DNA of 59,996 nt from an uncultured bacterium (lineage in GTDB: Bacteria > Omnitrophota > Gorgyraeia > Kaelpiales > Kaelpiaceae). The notes under the pieces were generated by a model. The model worked only from the letters and a program-made list of their open reading frames with translations. It was not told the origin of the DNA and searched no databases. This document shows, one piece after another, positions 27,029-41,138 of this stretch. The position numbers and the translations under genes were made by a program. How positions within the stretch are numbered: the stretch's first letter is position 1; each line of letters starts with the position of its first letter. The stretch covers positions 1 through 59,996 of the forward strand of contig CBEUCN010000002.1 of assembly GCA_965541635.1 (NCBI GenBank). The letters are read 5' to 3'.

Positions 27029-28298
27029 AATTAAAAAATTAAGTCCAGTAGAGAAAGAATTGGAGATTAAATTAACATCACAAGAGACAAAACCTATTCG
27101 AGAAAAAGTGTATAAAAAATGGCAGGAGAATGCTGTTATCCCGGGTTATCGTAAAGGAAAGGCTCCCCTCGAATTGGTAATAAAGAAATATAGACAGGAT
27201 ATTGAAAGAGAATTAAAAGAGCACCTGGTTACATTTTTTTATAAATCGGTAATCAAAGAGGCAAACTTAATTCCAGTATCTCCTCCTGTAATTCTTTCTT
27301 CTAGTTTTACAATTGATGGTGGATTTGTGTTTAATATGAAAGTGGAGGAAAAACCTGAGGTTAAACTCCCCCGATATAAAGGTCTCAGAGTGGAAAAGAA
27401 AATAACAGAGGTTAAGGATGAAGAAGTGAATAAAGTTCTGGAAGATCTTAAACACCAGAGAGCCCAATGGAATGAAGTCTCTCGAGCCTCGCAGGAAGGT
27501 GATTATTTAATTATAGATATGGAAGTTTATGTTAATGGTAAATTGGTGGATAAAAAGGAAATGGTAGGAGTGTTATTAGATTCCAAGACCACAGTTCCAT
27601 CTTTGGTTGAAAATCTTAAAGGGTTGGTTGTTGGTAGTGAGAAGAAATTTGAAATTGATGTACCCAGTGACTATCCGGATAAAAAACTTGCAGGAAGAAA
27701 ATGTCAGTATAAAGTGAAGGTGCACAATGTCAGAGAAAAAGTAGAGCCTGCATTTGATGATTCCTTTGCTCACCAGTTGGGGGAATATAAAAATATGGAT
27801 GAATTAAGGCAGGCAATCAGGCAAGAATTACAGAATTACAAACATCACCAATCTGAGATAGAGGTAGAAGAGAAACTGATTGAGCAGTTAATTTCTAAGA
27901 CTAAACTTCAAATACCAACACAACTTCTGGAATTACAGGCACGGAGAGTGGCTGAAGATATTGTTGTTCGTCTTCTTTATCGTGGAATTCCCAGAGAAGA
28001 TGTTGAGAAACAGATGGAGGCAATCTGGGAGGAGGCCCGAAAAGAGGCAGATAAGCAATTGCGGTTGTTATTTATATTGGATGAAATAGTTAAAAAAGAA
28101 AATATCGAAGTCAGTGAAGATGAACTGGAAGAGTATATCAGGCAACTAGCAGAAAGGAGAAAAACCAGTTATGAGGAGTTAAAAACAGAGTTGGAAAAAT
28201 CTCAAGAAATAGGTAATATAAGAGAACAGATAAAGAGACGAAAGGCGCTGAATTTGATAAAGGAAAATGCTGAGATTGTTAGGAAACAGGAGGTGTAA
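27018..28298 (+). CDS. tig: Trigger factor
   Basis: [12 protein letters not shown], a central FKBP-like part, and a C-terminal helical arm. The tig-clpP order is conserved. Confidence 0.93.
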   Translation: MEVKIKKLSPVEKELEIKLTSQETKPIREKVYKKWQENAVIPGYRKGKAPLELVIKKYRQDIERELKEHLVTFFYKSVIKEANLIPVSPPVILSSSFTIDGGFVFNMKVEEKPEVKLPRYKGLRVEKKITEVKDEEVNKVLEDLKHQRAQWNEVSRASQEGDYLIIDMEVYVNGKLVDKKEMVGVLLDSKTTVPSLVENLKGLVVGSEKKFEIDVPSDYPDKKLAGRKCQYKVKVHNVREKVEPAFDDSFAHQLGEYKNMDELRQAIRQELQNYKHHQSEIEVEEKLIEQLISKTKLQIPTQLLELQARRVAEDIVVRLLYRGIPREDVEKQMEAIWEEARKEADKQLRLLFILDEIVKKENIEVSEDELEEYIRQLAERRKTSYEELKTELEKSQEIGNIREQIKRRKALNLIKENAEIVRKQEV

Positions 28299-28299
28299 A

Positions 28300-28911
28300 A
28301 TGAAAGAAAACAATCAAACTCTGGTTCCTATAGTGGTGGAGCAGACCGCAAGAGGAGAGAGGGCTTACGATATTTATTCCCGACTACTCAAGGATAGAAT
28401 AGTATTTATTGGTACCCCTATAGATGATAATGTTGCTAATTTAATCATTGCTCAGATTCTCTTTCTGCAATCTGAAGATCCCAAAAAGGATATAAATGTA
28501 TATATAAATACTCCCGGTGGAAGTGTAACTAGTGGGTTGGCAATATATGACACTATGCAATTTGTGAAACCTGATATTGCCACTTACTGTGTGGGGCAGG
28601 CAGCAAGTATGGGGGCATTACTTTTAGCAGCAGGGACTAAAGGGAAAAGATTTGCTCTTCCTCATGCCCGCATTATGATTCATCAACCTTGGGGAGGTGT
28701 TCAGGGAGCAGCAGAGGATATTCACATCCAGGCTAAGGAAATTTTAAGGTTGCGAGATAAAATAAATGAACTTATTGCTAAACATACCAATCAGCCATTA
28801 GAGAAGGTTCGCAAGGATACTGATAGAGATTATTTTATGAGTGCTGAGGAATCTAAAGAATATGGGATTATAGATGAAGTTATTTATCCCAACAAGGAGG
28901 AGAAGAAATGA
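28300..28911 (+). CDS. clpP: ATP-dependent Clp protease proteolytic subunit
   Basis: [20 protein letters not shown], catalytic GQAASMGA, and MIHQP. The ATG at 28300 follows AGGAGGTG; the track start at 28267 adds 11 aa. Confidence 0.96.
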   Translation: MKENNQTLVPIVVEQTARGERAYDIYSRLLKDRIVFIGTPIDDNVANLIIAQILFLQSEDPKKDINVYINTPGGSVTSGLAIYDTMQFVKPDIATYCVGQAASMGALLLAAGTKGKRFALPHARIMIHQPWGGVQGAAEDIHIQAKEILRLRDKINELIAKHTNQPLEKVRKDTDRDYFMSAEESKEYGIIDEVIYPNKEEKK

Positions 28912-30059
28912 TTACTCCCAAGAAGAGATATCTATTAACTCCCGGACCTACTCCTGTTCCTGAGGAGGTGCTTTTATCTCAGGCGAAACCGATGATTCAT
29001 CATCGCACTTCTGAATTTAGACAGATACTCAAGCAAGTTATGGAAGATTTGAAATATGTTTTTCAGACTCAAAATCAGGTTTTGATTTTTGCATCTTCAG
29101 GTACAGGCGCTATGGAGGCAGCAGTGGTAAATCTGACTGCAGATGGTGTTAAATTTTTACCAATTGTGGGAGGAAAATTCGGAGAGCGCTGGAAGGAGAT
29201 ATGTTCTTCTATAGGAGTAGATTTTATCCCTTTAGAGGTAGAATGGGGAAAGGCAGTTAATCCTGAGGATGTGGAAAAAATTTTAAAATCAGATAAAAAT
29301 ATAAAAGTGGTTCTGGCCACATTATGCGAGACTTCCACTGGAGTGGTAAATGATATCCAGAAATTAGCAGAAATTACCAAAAAATACGATGCTATTCTAG
29401 TAGTGGATGCCATAAGTGGATTGCTGGCAGATGAGTTTAAGATGGATGAATGGGGAGTGGATGTTACAGTATCTGGTTCTCAAAAAGGATTGATGCTTCC
29501 ACCAGGTTTGGCATTTATCAGCCTGTCACAGCGGGCATGGGAAATCGTTGAAAAAGTAAATGTCAGGGCTTACTATTTTGATCTTAAGAAAGCCAGAAAG
29601 TCAGGGGCAGATTATGATACCCCTTATACTCCAGCAGTAAACCTTGTAATTGCTCTTAGTAAGGCCTTGGAGATGATTAAAGATGAAGGAATTGAGAATA
29701 TCTGGAAAAGGCACAGTCAATTAGCCACTATTTGTAGAAATGCCATAACATCTCTTGGACTTAAATTATTTGCCCAAAAACCATCCAATGCTGTAACCAG
29801 TGTGGCATTACCTTCAGAAATAGATGGAACAAAAATGATTAAATTTATCCGGGAGGAGTTTGGAGTAAGTATTGCTGGAGGTCAGGGAAAACTTAAGGGA
29901 AAAATTTTCAGAATTGCCCATTTGGGATACATGAATATATTTGATTTACTGGTGGGAATAGCCAGTATAGAGTTTGCATTACACCATTTAGGATATAAAT
30001 TTGAACTCGGGAAAGGGCTGTTAAAGGTCGAGGAAGAATTTTTAAAACAATATAAATAG
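28908..30059 (+). CDS. Class V aminotransferase (serine-glyoxylate/phosphoserine aminotransferase type)
   Basis: [25 protein letters not shown], and PLP-lysine SGSQKGL. It lies directly upstream of serA. Confidence 0.8.
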   Translation: MITPKKRYLLTPGPTPVPEEVLLSQAKPMIHHRTSEFRQILKQVMEDLKYVFQTQNQVLIFASSGTGAMEAAVVNLTADGVKFLPIVGGKFGERWKEICSSIGVDFIPLEVEWGKAVNPEDVEKILKSDKNIKVVLATLCETSTGVVNDIQKLAEITKKYDAILVVDAISGLLADEFKMDEWGVDVTVSGSQKGLMLPPGLAFISLSQRAWEIVEKVNVRAYYFDLKKARKSGADYDTPYTPAVNLVIALSKALEMIKDEGIENIWKRHSQLATICRNAITSLGLKLFAQKPSNAVTSVALPSEIDGTKMIKFIREEFGVSIAGGQGKLKGKIFRIAHLGYMNIFDLLVGIASIEFALHHLGYKFELGKGLLKVEEEFLKQYK

Positions 30060-30069
30060 GAGGAGAAAG

Positions 30070-31647
30070 GTGAAGGTTCTTATCAGTGATAATTTATCAC
30101 CAGAAGGAATTGAAATATTGAAATCTGCAGGATTTGAGGTTGTGGTTAAAACTGGTTTAAAACCCCAGGAGCTGGTAGAGGAAATCAAGAGTTATGATGG
30201 AATAATAATCCGCAGTGGAACCAAACTTACCTCGGAGGTTATTCAGGCTGCAGATAAACTTAAGGTTATTGGAAGGGCAGGAGTAGGACTGGATAATGTT
30301 GACCTAGGGACGGCGACCAAAAAGGGAATTATAGTTATGAATGCTCCTTCCGGAAATACAATATCTACTGCTGAACATACTATGGCTTTAATTTTGGCTT
30401 TGTCTCGAAATATTACTCAGGCGGATACTTCTCTACGGGAAGGAAAATGGGAGCGGAAGAAATTTAAAGGGGTTGAAATTTATGGTAAAGTTTTAGGAAT
30501 TGTAGGATTAGGAAGAATTGGTAGAGAAGTGGCTAAACGAGCAATGGGATTTGGGATGAGAGTTATTGCCTATGACCCTTATCTTTCGGAGGAAACTGCC
30601 AGAAAACTGGAAATAGAATTGGTAGATTATCCCCAGTTGCTTGCTAGTGCTGATTATATAACATTTCATGTTCCACTTACCGAAGCAACTTATCATATGT
30701 TTTCGGAAAAGGAACTGGAGATGGTTAAGCCAGGGGTAAGAATTATAAACTGTTCTCGGGGAGGAGTTGTTGATGAAAATGTGTTATATAAAGGGCTTAC
30801 TGAAAATAAAATTGCTGGAGTGGCACTGGATGTTTATGAACAGGAACCGCCTGAGGAAAGTCCATTGTTTAAGATGTCCAACACAGTATTTACTCCTCAC
30901 CTGGGAGCATCGACGGAAGAGGCACAGTTAAATGTAGCAATTGAAATTGCTGAACAGGTAAGGGATGCCTTATTGGGCAAAGCAATTCGAAACGCAGTTA
31001 ATCTGCCATCACTGGAACCTGAAGTTTATGAAGAAATTAAACCTTATCTGTTATTGGCAGAAAAAATTGGATTGATTCTTGGCCAGTTATTAGATGGTCA
31101 GATTAAAACTCTGAAGCTTAAATATTCTGGAGAGATACTTTCTCATGATATTACTCCGATTTCTTCAGCCCTTGTAAAAGGATTTTTGACTCCAATTCTT
31201 ATGGAGTCAGTGAATTATGTCAATGCTCCTGTAATTGCACATGAACGGGGGATAAATGTGGAAGAGGTTAAAACTACCGCATGCGGTAATTTTACTAACC
31301 TGATTCAGGCAACAGTTTTTAGTAGAGAGCAAGAAAATTCAGTTTCAGGGACACTCTTTACCAAGAAGAACCCCAGGATAGTGGAAATAGATGGCTATTA
31401 TGTGGAGGCAATACCTGAGGGTATCATGATGATCATTTATAACATGGATAAACCAGGAGTAATTGGTTATATTGGAACTACCTTAGGGAAGAGAGGGATT
31501 AACATCTCGGGGATGACCTTTGGCCGTCGTAGGCCTGGTGGAGATGCTATTACAGTTTTGAACCTCGACTCAGAAGTAGATTCTGAGACAATTCAGGAAT
31601 TGCTTAAACTGGAGCATATAAATACTATAAAGGTTATCAAATTATAG
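30070..31647 (+). CDS. serA: D-3-phosphoglycerate dehydrogenase (long form with ASB and ACT domains)
   Basis: GIVGLGRIG, NCSRGG, FTPHLGAST, and a C-terminal ACT-like domain (MMIIYNMDKPGVIGYIGTTLG). Confidence 0.93.
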   Translation: MKVLISDNLSPEGIEILKSAGFEVVVKTGLKPQELVEEIKSYDGIIIRSGTKLTSEVIQAADKLKVIGRAGVGLDNVDLGTATKKGIIVMNAPSGNTISTAEHTMALILALSRNITQADTSLREGKWERKKFKGVEIYGKVLGIVGLGRIGREVAKRAMGFGMRVIAYDPYLSEETARKLEIELVDYPQLLASADYITFHVPLTEATYHMFSEKELEMVKPGVRIINCSRGGVVDENVLYKGLTENKIAGVALDVYEQEPPEESPLFKMSNTVFTPHLGASTEEAQLNVAIEIAEQVRDALLGKAIRNAVNLPSLEPEVYEEIKPYLLLAEKIGLILGQLLDGQIKTLKLKYSGEILSHDITPISSALVKGFLTPILMESVNYVNAPVIAHERGINVEEVKTTACGNFTNLIQATVFSREQENSVSGTLFTKKNPRIVEIDGYYVEAIPEGIMMIIYNMDKPGVIGYIGTTLGKRGINISGMTFGRRRPGGDAITVLNLDSEVDSETIQELLKLEHINTIKVIKL

Positions 31648-31656
31648 GAGGTGAAT

Positions 31657-32898
31657 ATGGCAGAAAACACGCCAAAAATTTACATTCTAGATGTTACCAA
31701 TCGGGATGGTGTTCAGACTGCAAGATTAAGTCTGGCTAAACTGGAAAAGACAATGGTTAACATTTATCTCAATCAGATGGGTATTTATCAAAGTGAGTTT
31801 GGATTTCCTGTAACTAGTCACGAAGTCAATTATATTAACGCCAATCTGGAATTAGCCGAGATGGGAGTACTCAGTCCCATAATTTTAAGTGGTTGGGTAA
31901 GGGCAATCCCTCAGGATGTAGAAATTGCCTGCAGGCAAACTAAGGTAAAACATCTTAATCTTTCAATTTCCACTTCCAAGCAGATGATTGAAAGTAAATT
32001 TAAAGGTAAATATACTAAATCAGATATACTTAAAATAATGTCGGAGGCGGTAAAAACTGCCCGTGATAAAGGAATTGAAACAGTTGGAGTAAATGCTGAA
32101 GATGCTTCCCGAACAGATGATGATTATTTATATGAATTTGCCAAAACTGCAAAGGATGCGGGAGCAGACAGATTGCGATACTGTGATACTGTGGGTTATG
32201 ATGAGCCTTCTACCATATATAAAAGGATATATGAGTTAGCCAAGAGAGTAAACATGCCTATTGAAGTCCACTGCCATAATGATTTAGGACTGGCAGTGGC
32301 TAATTCCATCGCCGGTGCCCGGGCTGCAAATGATGCCGGAGTTGATGTTTATATTAATACAACAATAAATGGTGTTGGTGAAAGAGCAGGTAATGCTGAT
32401 TTAGTCTCGGTTATTCTGGCACTGAAATATTCCAGTGGGACCGCTGGCAAATATATTTTGGATGAGAATGTAAAACTTAATATGGCCTGGAAAATCTGTA
32501 AATATGCCTCTTATGCATTTGGGATACCAATCCCAATTAATCAGCCCGGGGTAGGACAGAATATGTATGCTCATGAATCTGGTATTCATGCTGATGGTGC
32601 TTTAAAAGACTGGAGAAATTATGAACTTTACCACTATGAAGATGTGGGTAGAGGAGAACCGGAGATTATAGAAACTGGAAGACAGATAGTGGTGGGAGAA
32701 TACAGTGGAATAAAGGGATTTAGAAATGTATATGATAGACTGGAGATAGAATTTAAAGATGAAAATGAAGCCAGGAAAATTCTGGAACTTGTTCGTTACG
32801 CTAATGTTCATAAACAGAAGCCACTTACTGAGGATGAATTAAGGTTTATAGCTCAATATCCTGAAATTGTGCGGAAGATACTTACGATGACTCCATAA
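31657..32898 (+). CDS. Homocitrate/isopropylmalate/citramalate synthase family (HMGL-like) enzyme, specificity unclear
   Basis: DRE-TIM fold motifs DVTNRDGVQT, HCHNDLGLAVANS and HESGIHADG. It lacks the LeuA regulatory domain. The ATG at 31657 follows AGGAGG. Confidence 0.7.
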   Translation: MAENTPKIYILDVTNRDGVQTARLSLAKLEKTMVNIYLNQMGIYQSEFGFPVTSHEVNYINANLELAEMGVLSPIILSGWVRAIPQDVEIACRQTKVKHLNLSISTSKQMIESKFKGKYTKSDILKIMSEAVKTARDKGIETVGVNAEDASRTDDDYLYEFAKTAKDAGADRLRYCDTVGYDEPSTIYKRIYELAKRVNMPIEVHCHNDLGLAVANSIAGARAANDAGVDVYINTTINGVGERAGNADLVSVILALKYSSGTAGKYILDENVKLNMAWKICKYASYAFGIPIPINQPGVGQNMYAHESGIHADGALKDWRNYELYHYEDVGRGEPEIIETGRQIVVGEYSGIKGFRNVYDRLEIEFKDENEARKILELVRYANVHKQKPLTEDELRFIAQYPEIVRKILTMTP

Positions 32899-32901
32899 TG
32901 A

Positions 32902-36281
<3,380 letters not shown>

Positions 36282-36335
36282 CGAACATCAACTGTGGGGA
36301 TATTATTTTAGATAGTTATTTAAGGAGGTGAGAGC

Positions 36336-37055
36336 ATGGTTTATAAAAATCTGTTAACATTTTTACTTATAAGTGTGTTAGTTTCGGGATGTGCAGTGAC
36401 ATTTAAAAAGACCATACCTCAGGATAAAGAGAAAGTTAGACTTATGAAGAGAGAACTCCAGCGCCTACGGATGGAGTTGGAAAGGTTAAAGGCAGAAAAA
36501 GATCAGGAAATAGCAGAACTGAAACATGCCAAGAAATTACTAGAAAAGAAATTTCAGAAGGAAATTCAAAAGAAGGAACTTAAGCTTTCTATGGAGGAGA
36601 AAGGATTAGTTTTGAGATTTGTTGCCGAGGTATTTTTTGATTCCGGGAAGGCTGATTTAAGACCAGAGGCATATCCTATACTGGATAAAGTTGCCGAGTT
36701 TTTGAAGGAAGAGGTTCCGGATAGAAATGTTGCTATTGAAGGACATACTGATAATGAGCCTATAAAATATTCGGGATGGAAATCTAACTGGGAGTTATCG
36801 ACAGCGCGGGCATTGAGTGTTCTTCACTATTTAGTAGATAAAAAGGGGATTGATCCTGAGAGAATTCAGGCAGTTGGTTATGGTGAGTATCATCCTATAG
36901 CAGACAATTCTACTCCTGAAGGTCGCCAGAAGAATAGAAGGGTGGAAATTGTAATTTTACCCAAGAAATTGACAAAAATTAGAGAAGGATTTCTGAAAGA
37001 ACTGGGAAAGGCACTGCAGGAAAGAGAAAGGAGAATTAAAGAATACATAAAGTAA
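36336..37055 (+). CDS. OmpA/MotB-family peptidoglycan-binding lipoprotein with coiled-coil linker
   Basis: Lipobox LVSGCA. OmpA_C motifs FDSGKADL, IEGHTDNEP, NWELSTARA and NRRVEIVI. Confidence 0.8.
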   Translation: MVYKNLLTFLLISVLVSGCAVTFKKTIPQDKEKVRLMKRELQRLRMELERLKAEKDQEIAELKHAKKLLEKKFQKEIQKKELKLSMEEKGLVLRFVAEVFFDSGKADLRPEAYPILDKVAEFLKEEVPDRNVAIEGHTDNEPIKYSGWKSNWELSTARALSVLHYLVDKKGIDPERIQAVGYGEYHPIADNSTPEGRQKNRRVEIVILPKKLTKIREGFLKELGKALQERERRIKEYIK

Positions 37056-37065
37056 GGAGGGAGAG

Positions 37066-37440
37066 ATGAAAAAGATTCAAATTTTGTTAGTGATTTTACT
37101 CTTAGTGACTGTAACTTGGGCGATGTATGAAAGAAGTGAGAGAACAAAACTCTTGGACAGAGTTCAAAAACTGGAAGCAGACTTTCTCAAAAGTAGTAAG
37201 GATTGTGAATTTCTGACTGATAAGGCAAAGAGTTTAGAAGAGAAACTTAAAAAATTAGTTTCTGAGAAAGAGGAATTGAGTAAAACTCTTAAAGCAAAAG
37301 ATGAGTTCATATCTTCTCTTGAGGAGAAATTAAACAAAGCCCAGCAAACCATCTCAGAGTTACAAGGGAAGTTAAAAAATCTCCAATCAATAATTTCTAC
37401 ATTGCAGGGTGAGACTCAAAATTCATCTGGATCTCAGTAA
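37066..37440 (+). CDS. Membrane-anchored coiled-coil protein
   Basis: N-terminal TM helix (ILLVILLLVTVTWAM) followed by heptad-like K/E/L-rich sequence. No family recognised. Confidence 0.45.
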   Translation: MKKIQILLVILLLVTVTWAMYERSERTKLLDRVQKLEADFLKSSKDCEFLTDKAKSLEEKLKKLVSEKEELSKTLKAKDEFISSLEEKLNKAQQTISELQGKLKNLQSIISTLQGETQNSSGSQ

Positions 37441-37452
37441 GATAGATGATAG

Positions 37453-38145
37453 ATGGCATCAAATTTACCACAACATATTGCGATAATAATGGATGGCAAC
37501 GGGAGATGGGCGAGAAGGCGTGGGCTTCCCCGAACATATGGACATCGTCAGGGGGCTAAAACTGTTAAAAGAATAATCAATGCCTGTCTGGAATTAAACA
37601 TAAGATATCTTACTCTCTATACATTTTCTACTGAGAACTGGTCGCGTCCTCAATCGGAAGTTAATACTCTGATGAGGCTTCTTGATGAATATATTGACAG
37701 AGCGGAAGAAGAAATTCCTCGTTATCAGGAAGTGAGAGTAAGAGTCATTGGAAGATACTGGGAACTCCCAGGAAAATTGCCCGAAAAGATTGAAGCACTT
37801 ATGAATGCTACCAGAAATCATAAAGGCCTTAATCTCACTCTGGCGATAAATTATGGTGGCCGTCGGGAGATTTTGGATGCAGTAGATAAAATAATTGCTG
37901 ACGGGAAGAAATTATTAGGGAACGAGGAGCAATTTCGGAGATACCTTTATGCTCCTGAAATTCCTGATCCAGATCTGCTTATCCGCACAGCAGGAGAATA
38001 TCGTATAAGCAACTTCTTGCTATGGCAGATTTCCTATACTGAGATTTACACCACAAAAAAACTGTGGCCAGATTTTAACAAACTGGATTTGATAAGAGCA
38101 ATAAATGACTATCAGAAGAGGAGGAGAAAGTTTGGGAGATTATAA
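37453..38145 (+). CDS. uppS: Undecaprenyl diphosphate synthase (isoprenyl transferase)
   Basis: HIAIIMDGNGRWA, FSTENWSRP, and IRTAGEYRISNFLLWQ. Confidence 0.95.
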   Translation: MASNLPQHIAIIMDGNGRWARRRGLPRTYGHRQGAKTVKRIINACLELNIRYLTLYTFSTENWSRPQSEVNTLMRLLDEYIDRAEEEIPRYQEVRVRVIGRYWELPGKLPEKIEALMNATRNHKGLNLTLAINYGGRREILDAVDKIIADGKKLLGNEEQFRRYLYAPEIPDPDLLIRTAGEYRISNFLLWQISYTEIYTTKKLWPDFNKLDLIRAINDYQKRRRKFGRL

Positions 38146-38950
38146 TAAAGGCTCACTGGTTTTGCGAATCATAACCAGTGTGGTGATGCTTATTTTTATT
38201 TTTGGTGTTATTTTTTTAGGGCACGTAGCACTATATTCAATAGTAGCTATTTTGTTTTCTTCTCTTGCCCTCTGGGAATTTTATAAGATGCTGGAGATAA
38301 AATATAATAGAATATATAAAGGACTGGGATTGGTTTTGTCATTTTTGCTTTTCACTTCCTGTTTTCCAAAATTACAATCATGGTTTATATATCTTTTGAG
38401 TTTGTCTCTGGTTTTTCTTTTTTTGTTGCAGTTTACCAGAAAGAGTAATGAACATGCTGCTCTTTCTATAGGATTGACTCTGCTGGGACTTATCTATATA
38501 ACTATTCCTTTTCTGTTCATAATAAAAATCAGACTGCTTCCAGGAGGAATATTTTTTATTGCCTACTTTATACTGGTGACTAAAGCCACTGATATTGGTG
38601 CTTATTTAGTAGGAATGAAATTTGGAAGGCACAGGTTAATACCAAGGATAAGTCCCCATAAGTCTATTGAGGGATTTATCGGTGGGATTGTGTTTGCTTT
38701 AATTTTTGCCTATCTGGGAGTTTTTTATTACCCTCATTATCTGGAATTAAAGTATGTGCCTGCAATTGGATTTATTCTGGGATTATTTGCCCAGGTGGGA
38801 GACCTTGCAGAGTCAGTTCTGAAAAGGGATTGTGGTTTTAAGGATTCCAGTAAAGTTCTTCCTGGACTGGGAGGGATTCTTGATGTTGTTGATAGTATAT
38901 TGCTTTCGCTTCCTTTTTATTATTTCTATATAACCACGGTGGTTCTGTAA
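38105..38950 (+). CDS. cdsA: Phosphatidate cytidylyltransferase (signature partly divergent)
   Basis: Multi-TM protein. C-terminal SVLKRDCGFKDSSKVLPGLGGILDVVDS resembles the CdsA signature. The uppS-cdsA-dxr context fits. The start is uncertain: the 41-nt overlap with uppS would be reduced by the in-frame TTG at 38132. Confidence 0.85.
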   Translation: MTIRRGGESLGDYNKGSLVLRIITSVVMLIFIFGVIFLGHVALYSIVAILFSSLALWEFYKMLEIKYNRIYKGLGLVLSFLLFTSCFPKLQSWFIYLLSLSLVFLFLLQFTRKSNEHAALSIGLTLLGLIYITIPFLFIIKIRLLPGGIFFIAYFILVTKATDIGAYLVGMKFGRHRLIPRISPHKSIEGFIGGIVFALIFAYLGVFYYPHYLELKYVPAIGFILGLFAQVGDLAESVLKRDCGFKDSSKVLPGLGGILDVVDSILLSLPFYYFYITTVVL

Positions 38951-40092
38951 TGAAGAAAATAGCAATTCTGGGTTCTACTGGTCATGTGGGGAGAAAGGTT
39001 CTGGAGGTGGTATCTGAACATAAAAATGAATTTAAAATTACAGGCCTTTCTGCCAACGAAAACTACAGATTACTTTTATCCCAGGCTAAAGAGTTTGGAG
39101 TAGAAAAACTTGCTCTCAGGAATGAAAATTTAAAAAACCAGATAAGGGAAGAAGGTTTTAAGATTTACTATGGTCCTTTTGCTTGGCGTAATCTTATAGA
39201 TGAAAGTCTGGATGTGGTGATAATAGCCATAACTGGGATTGATGCTGTTTATCCTTTACTTTACGCCTTACAAAAAGGAATTAATGTTGCTCTTGCTAGC
39301 AAAGAGGCATTGATTGCTGGTGGAGAATTAATCAATTGTCAATTTCGAGACTCGAAATCCAAAATAATTCCTCTGGACAGTGAACACAACGCAATCTTTC
39401 AGATAATTCAAAATTTAGACAGAAGCGAAATATCTGCAATCTATCTTACCTGTTCGGGAGGTCCATTTTTAGAATATTCTCGTTCACAATTGGAAATGGT
39501 TACTCCAGAGATGGCTGTTTCTCATCCTCGCTGGAAGATGGGAAAAAAGATAAGTGTGGATTCTGCAACTTTACTCAATAAGGGGTTTGAAATTATTGAG
39601 GCTTATTATTTATTTCAGTTGCACCCGGAAAAAATAAAGGTTTTAATTCATCCTCAAGCAATAGTGCACGGAATGGTAGAGCTTAATGATGGAAATATTT
39701 TTGCTCACATGGCAGTTACTGATATGAAGGTTCCCATTGCTTATGCTTTAGGATATCCTTTGCGTTTGGATTCGGGATTAAAGTTAAATTGGCAGAAACC
39801 TTTAAATCTGGAATTTTTTATTCCTGATAGTGATAAGTTTCCGGCATTGAGAATTGCCTATTTCTGTCTGGAGAATAGAAAAAGTTATCCCGCCTATCTG
39901 GCAAAATTGGATGACATTTTGGTGGATGAGTTTCTGCAAGGAAGAATAAAATTCCCTTCTATACTGGAAATAATAGAGGAGGCTATAAAAACTCATACTC
40001 CTCGGGAGGTGAAAACATTGGATGACTTGTATCAGATTTTTGCTGAGGCTGAACATACAGTAAATACTCTCCTTCCGGAGGTAAGTAAATGA
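38950..40092 (+). CDS. dxr: 1-deoxy-D-xylulose 5-phosphate reductoisomerase
   Basis: ILGSTGHVG, LASKEAL, LDSEHNAIFQ, SGGPF and HPRWKMG. Confidence 0.95.
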   Translation: MKKIAILGSTGHVGRKVLEVVSEHKNEFKITGLSANENYRLLLSQAKEFGVEKLALRNENLKNQIREEGFKIYYGPFAWRNLIDESLDVVIIAITGIDAVYPLLYALQKGINVALASKEALIAGGELINCQFRDSKSKIIPLDSEHNAIFQIIQNLDRSEISAIYLTCSGGPFLEYSRSQLEMVTPEMAVSHPRWKMGKKISVDSATLLNKGFEIIEAYYLFQLHPEKIKVLIHPQAIVHGMVELNDGNIFAHMAVTDMKVPIAYALGYPLRLDSGLKLNWQKPLNLEFFIPDSDKFPALRIAYFCLENRKSYPAYLAKLDDILVDEFLQGRIKFPSILEIIEEAIKTHTPREVKTLDDLYQIFAEAEHTVNTLLPEVSK

Positions 40093-41138
40093 TTTTAGTA
40101 ATAATTGCTTTTGGAGTTCTGATTTTTATCCATGAATTTGCTCATTTCATTGCTGCCAAAAAGTTAGGGGTTAAGGTTGATATTTTTTCTTTAGGATTTG
40201 GACCAAAGTTGGTTTCACTTAAAGGGAAAGACACCGAATACAGGATTTCTTTAATCCCATTGGGAGGATATGTGAAAATGGCTGGTGAGGATTGGAAGGA
40301 GGAAAGAAGAGGGACACCAGATGAATTTCTCTCCCAGCCACCTGCAAACAGGGCAAAAATTGTATTTGCTGGTCCTGTTGGGAATTATATTTTTGGATTT
40401 TTACTCTTTTGTCTTTTGTTTACTTTTGGACTGCCCTCTACTGGCACCAAAGTTGGAAAACTTCTGAAAGATTATCCTGCTCAGCAAGCAGGAATACAGC
40501 CTGGAGATAGAATTGTTGAAGTAAATGGTAAGAAAATTAAAGACTGGGAGCAACTTACAAAAGCAGTTCATCCTCATCCGGAAGAAGTAATTATGCTTAA
40601 AGTTAAACGGAACAATAAAATTATTGAATTTAAAATAAAAACTAAAAGTAGGGAACTTGTTGACCTTTTGGGAAGAAAAAGAAGAGTGGGACTGATTGGA
40701 ATAGCACCGGATCCTAATGATGTTATAATTTTGAAATATCCTTTACCTACAGCAATTATAAAAGCCATTCAAAAAGTTTATTTCATTACCAAGACCACAA
40801 TTCTCGCAATTTTTAACCTTTTTACTAGGAAACTATCTCTTAAAGAGTCAATATCAGGACCTATAGGTATATTTTATATTAGTCGGGAAGCACTTTCCTT
40901 AGGGTTGTCATACTTTTTAACCTTGCTGGCAGTAATAAATATAAGTCTAGCAATATTTAATCTTTTACCTATACCAGTATTGGATGGTGGTCATCTATTT
41001 TTTATAGTTCTGGAAGTTATAAGAGGCAAACCTCTTTCTCCCAAAGTTCAGGAGAATCTCACTCAATTGGGGATGATTTTTCTTCTGGCTTTGGTGTTGA
41101 TGGTCAGTTTTTATGACTTTCTGAGATTTTTTAAATGA
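40089..41138 (+). CDS. rseP: RIP metalloprotease RseP (site-2 protease)
   Basis: HEFAHF (HExxH), a PDZ segment (GIQPGDRIVEVNG), and NLLPIPVLDGGH. Confidence 0.9.
   Translation: MILVIIAFGVLIFIHEFAHFIAAKKLGVKVDIFSLGFGPKLVSLKGKDTEYRISLIPLGGYVKMAGEDWKEERRGTPDEFLSQPPANRAKIVFAGPVGNYIFGFLLFCLLFTFGLPSTGTKVGKLLKDYPAQQAGIQPGDRIVEVNGKKIKDWEQLTKAVHPHPEEVIMLKVKRNNKIIEFKIKTKSRELVDLLGRKRRVGLIGIAPDPNDVIILKYPLPTAIIKAIQKVYFITKTTILAIFNLFTRKLSLKESISGPIGIFYISREALSLGLSYFLTLLAVINISLAIFNLLPIPVLDGGHLFFIVLEVIRGKPLSPKVQENLTQLGMIFLLALVLMVSFYDFLRFFK

Noticed and set aside
28267-28299. Longer N-terminal extensions proposed by the ORF track (clpP 28267, Trm112 5057, argC 49957, SH3 gene 21762, M16 1290, EF-like 24070)
   Set aside because: Internal ATGs with proper SD spacing give protein N-termini matching the family norms. 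The extensions are basic or low-complexity and overlap upstream genes.
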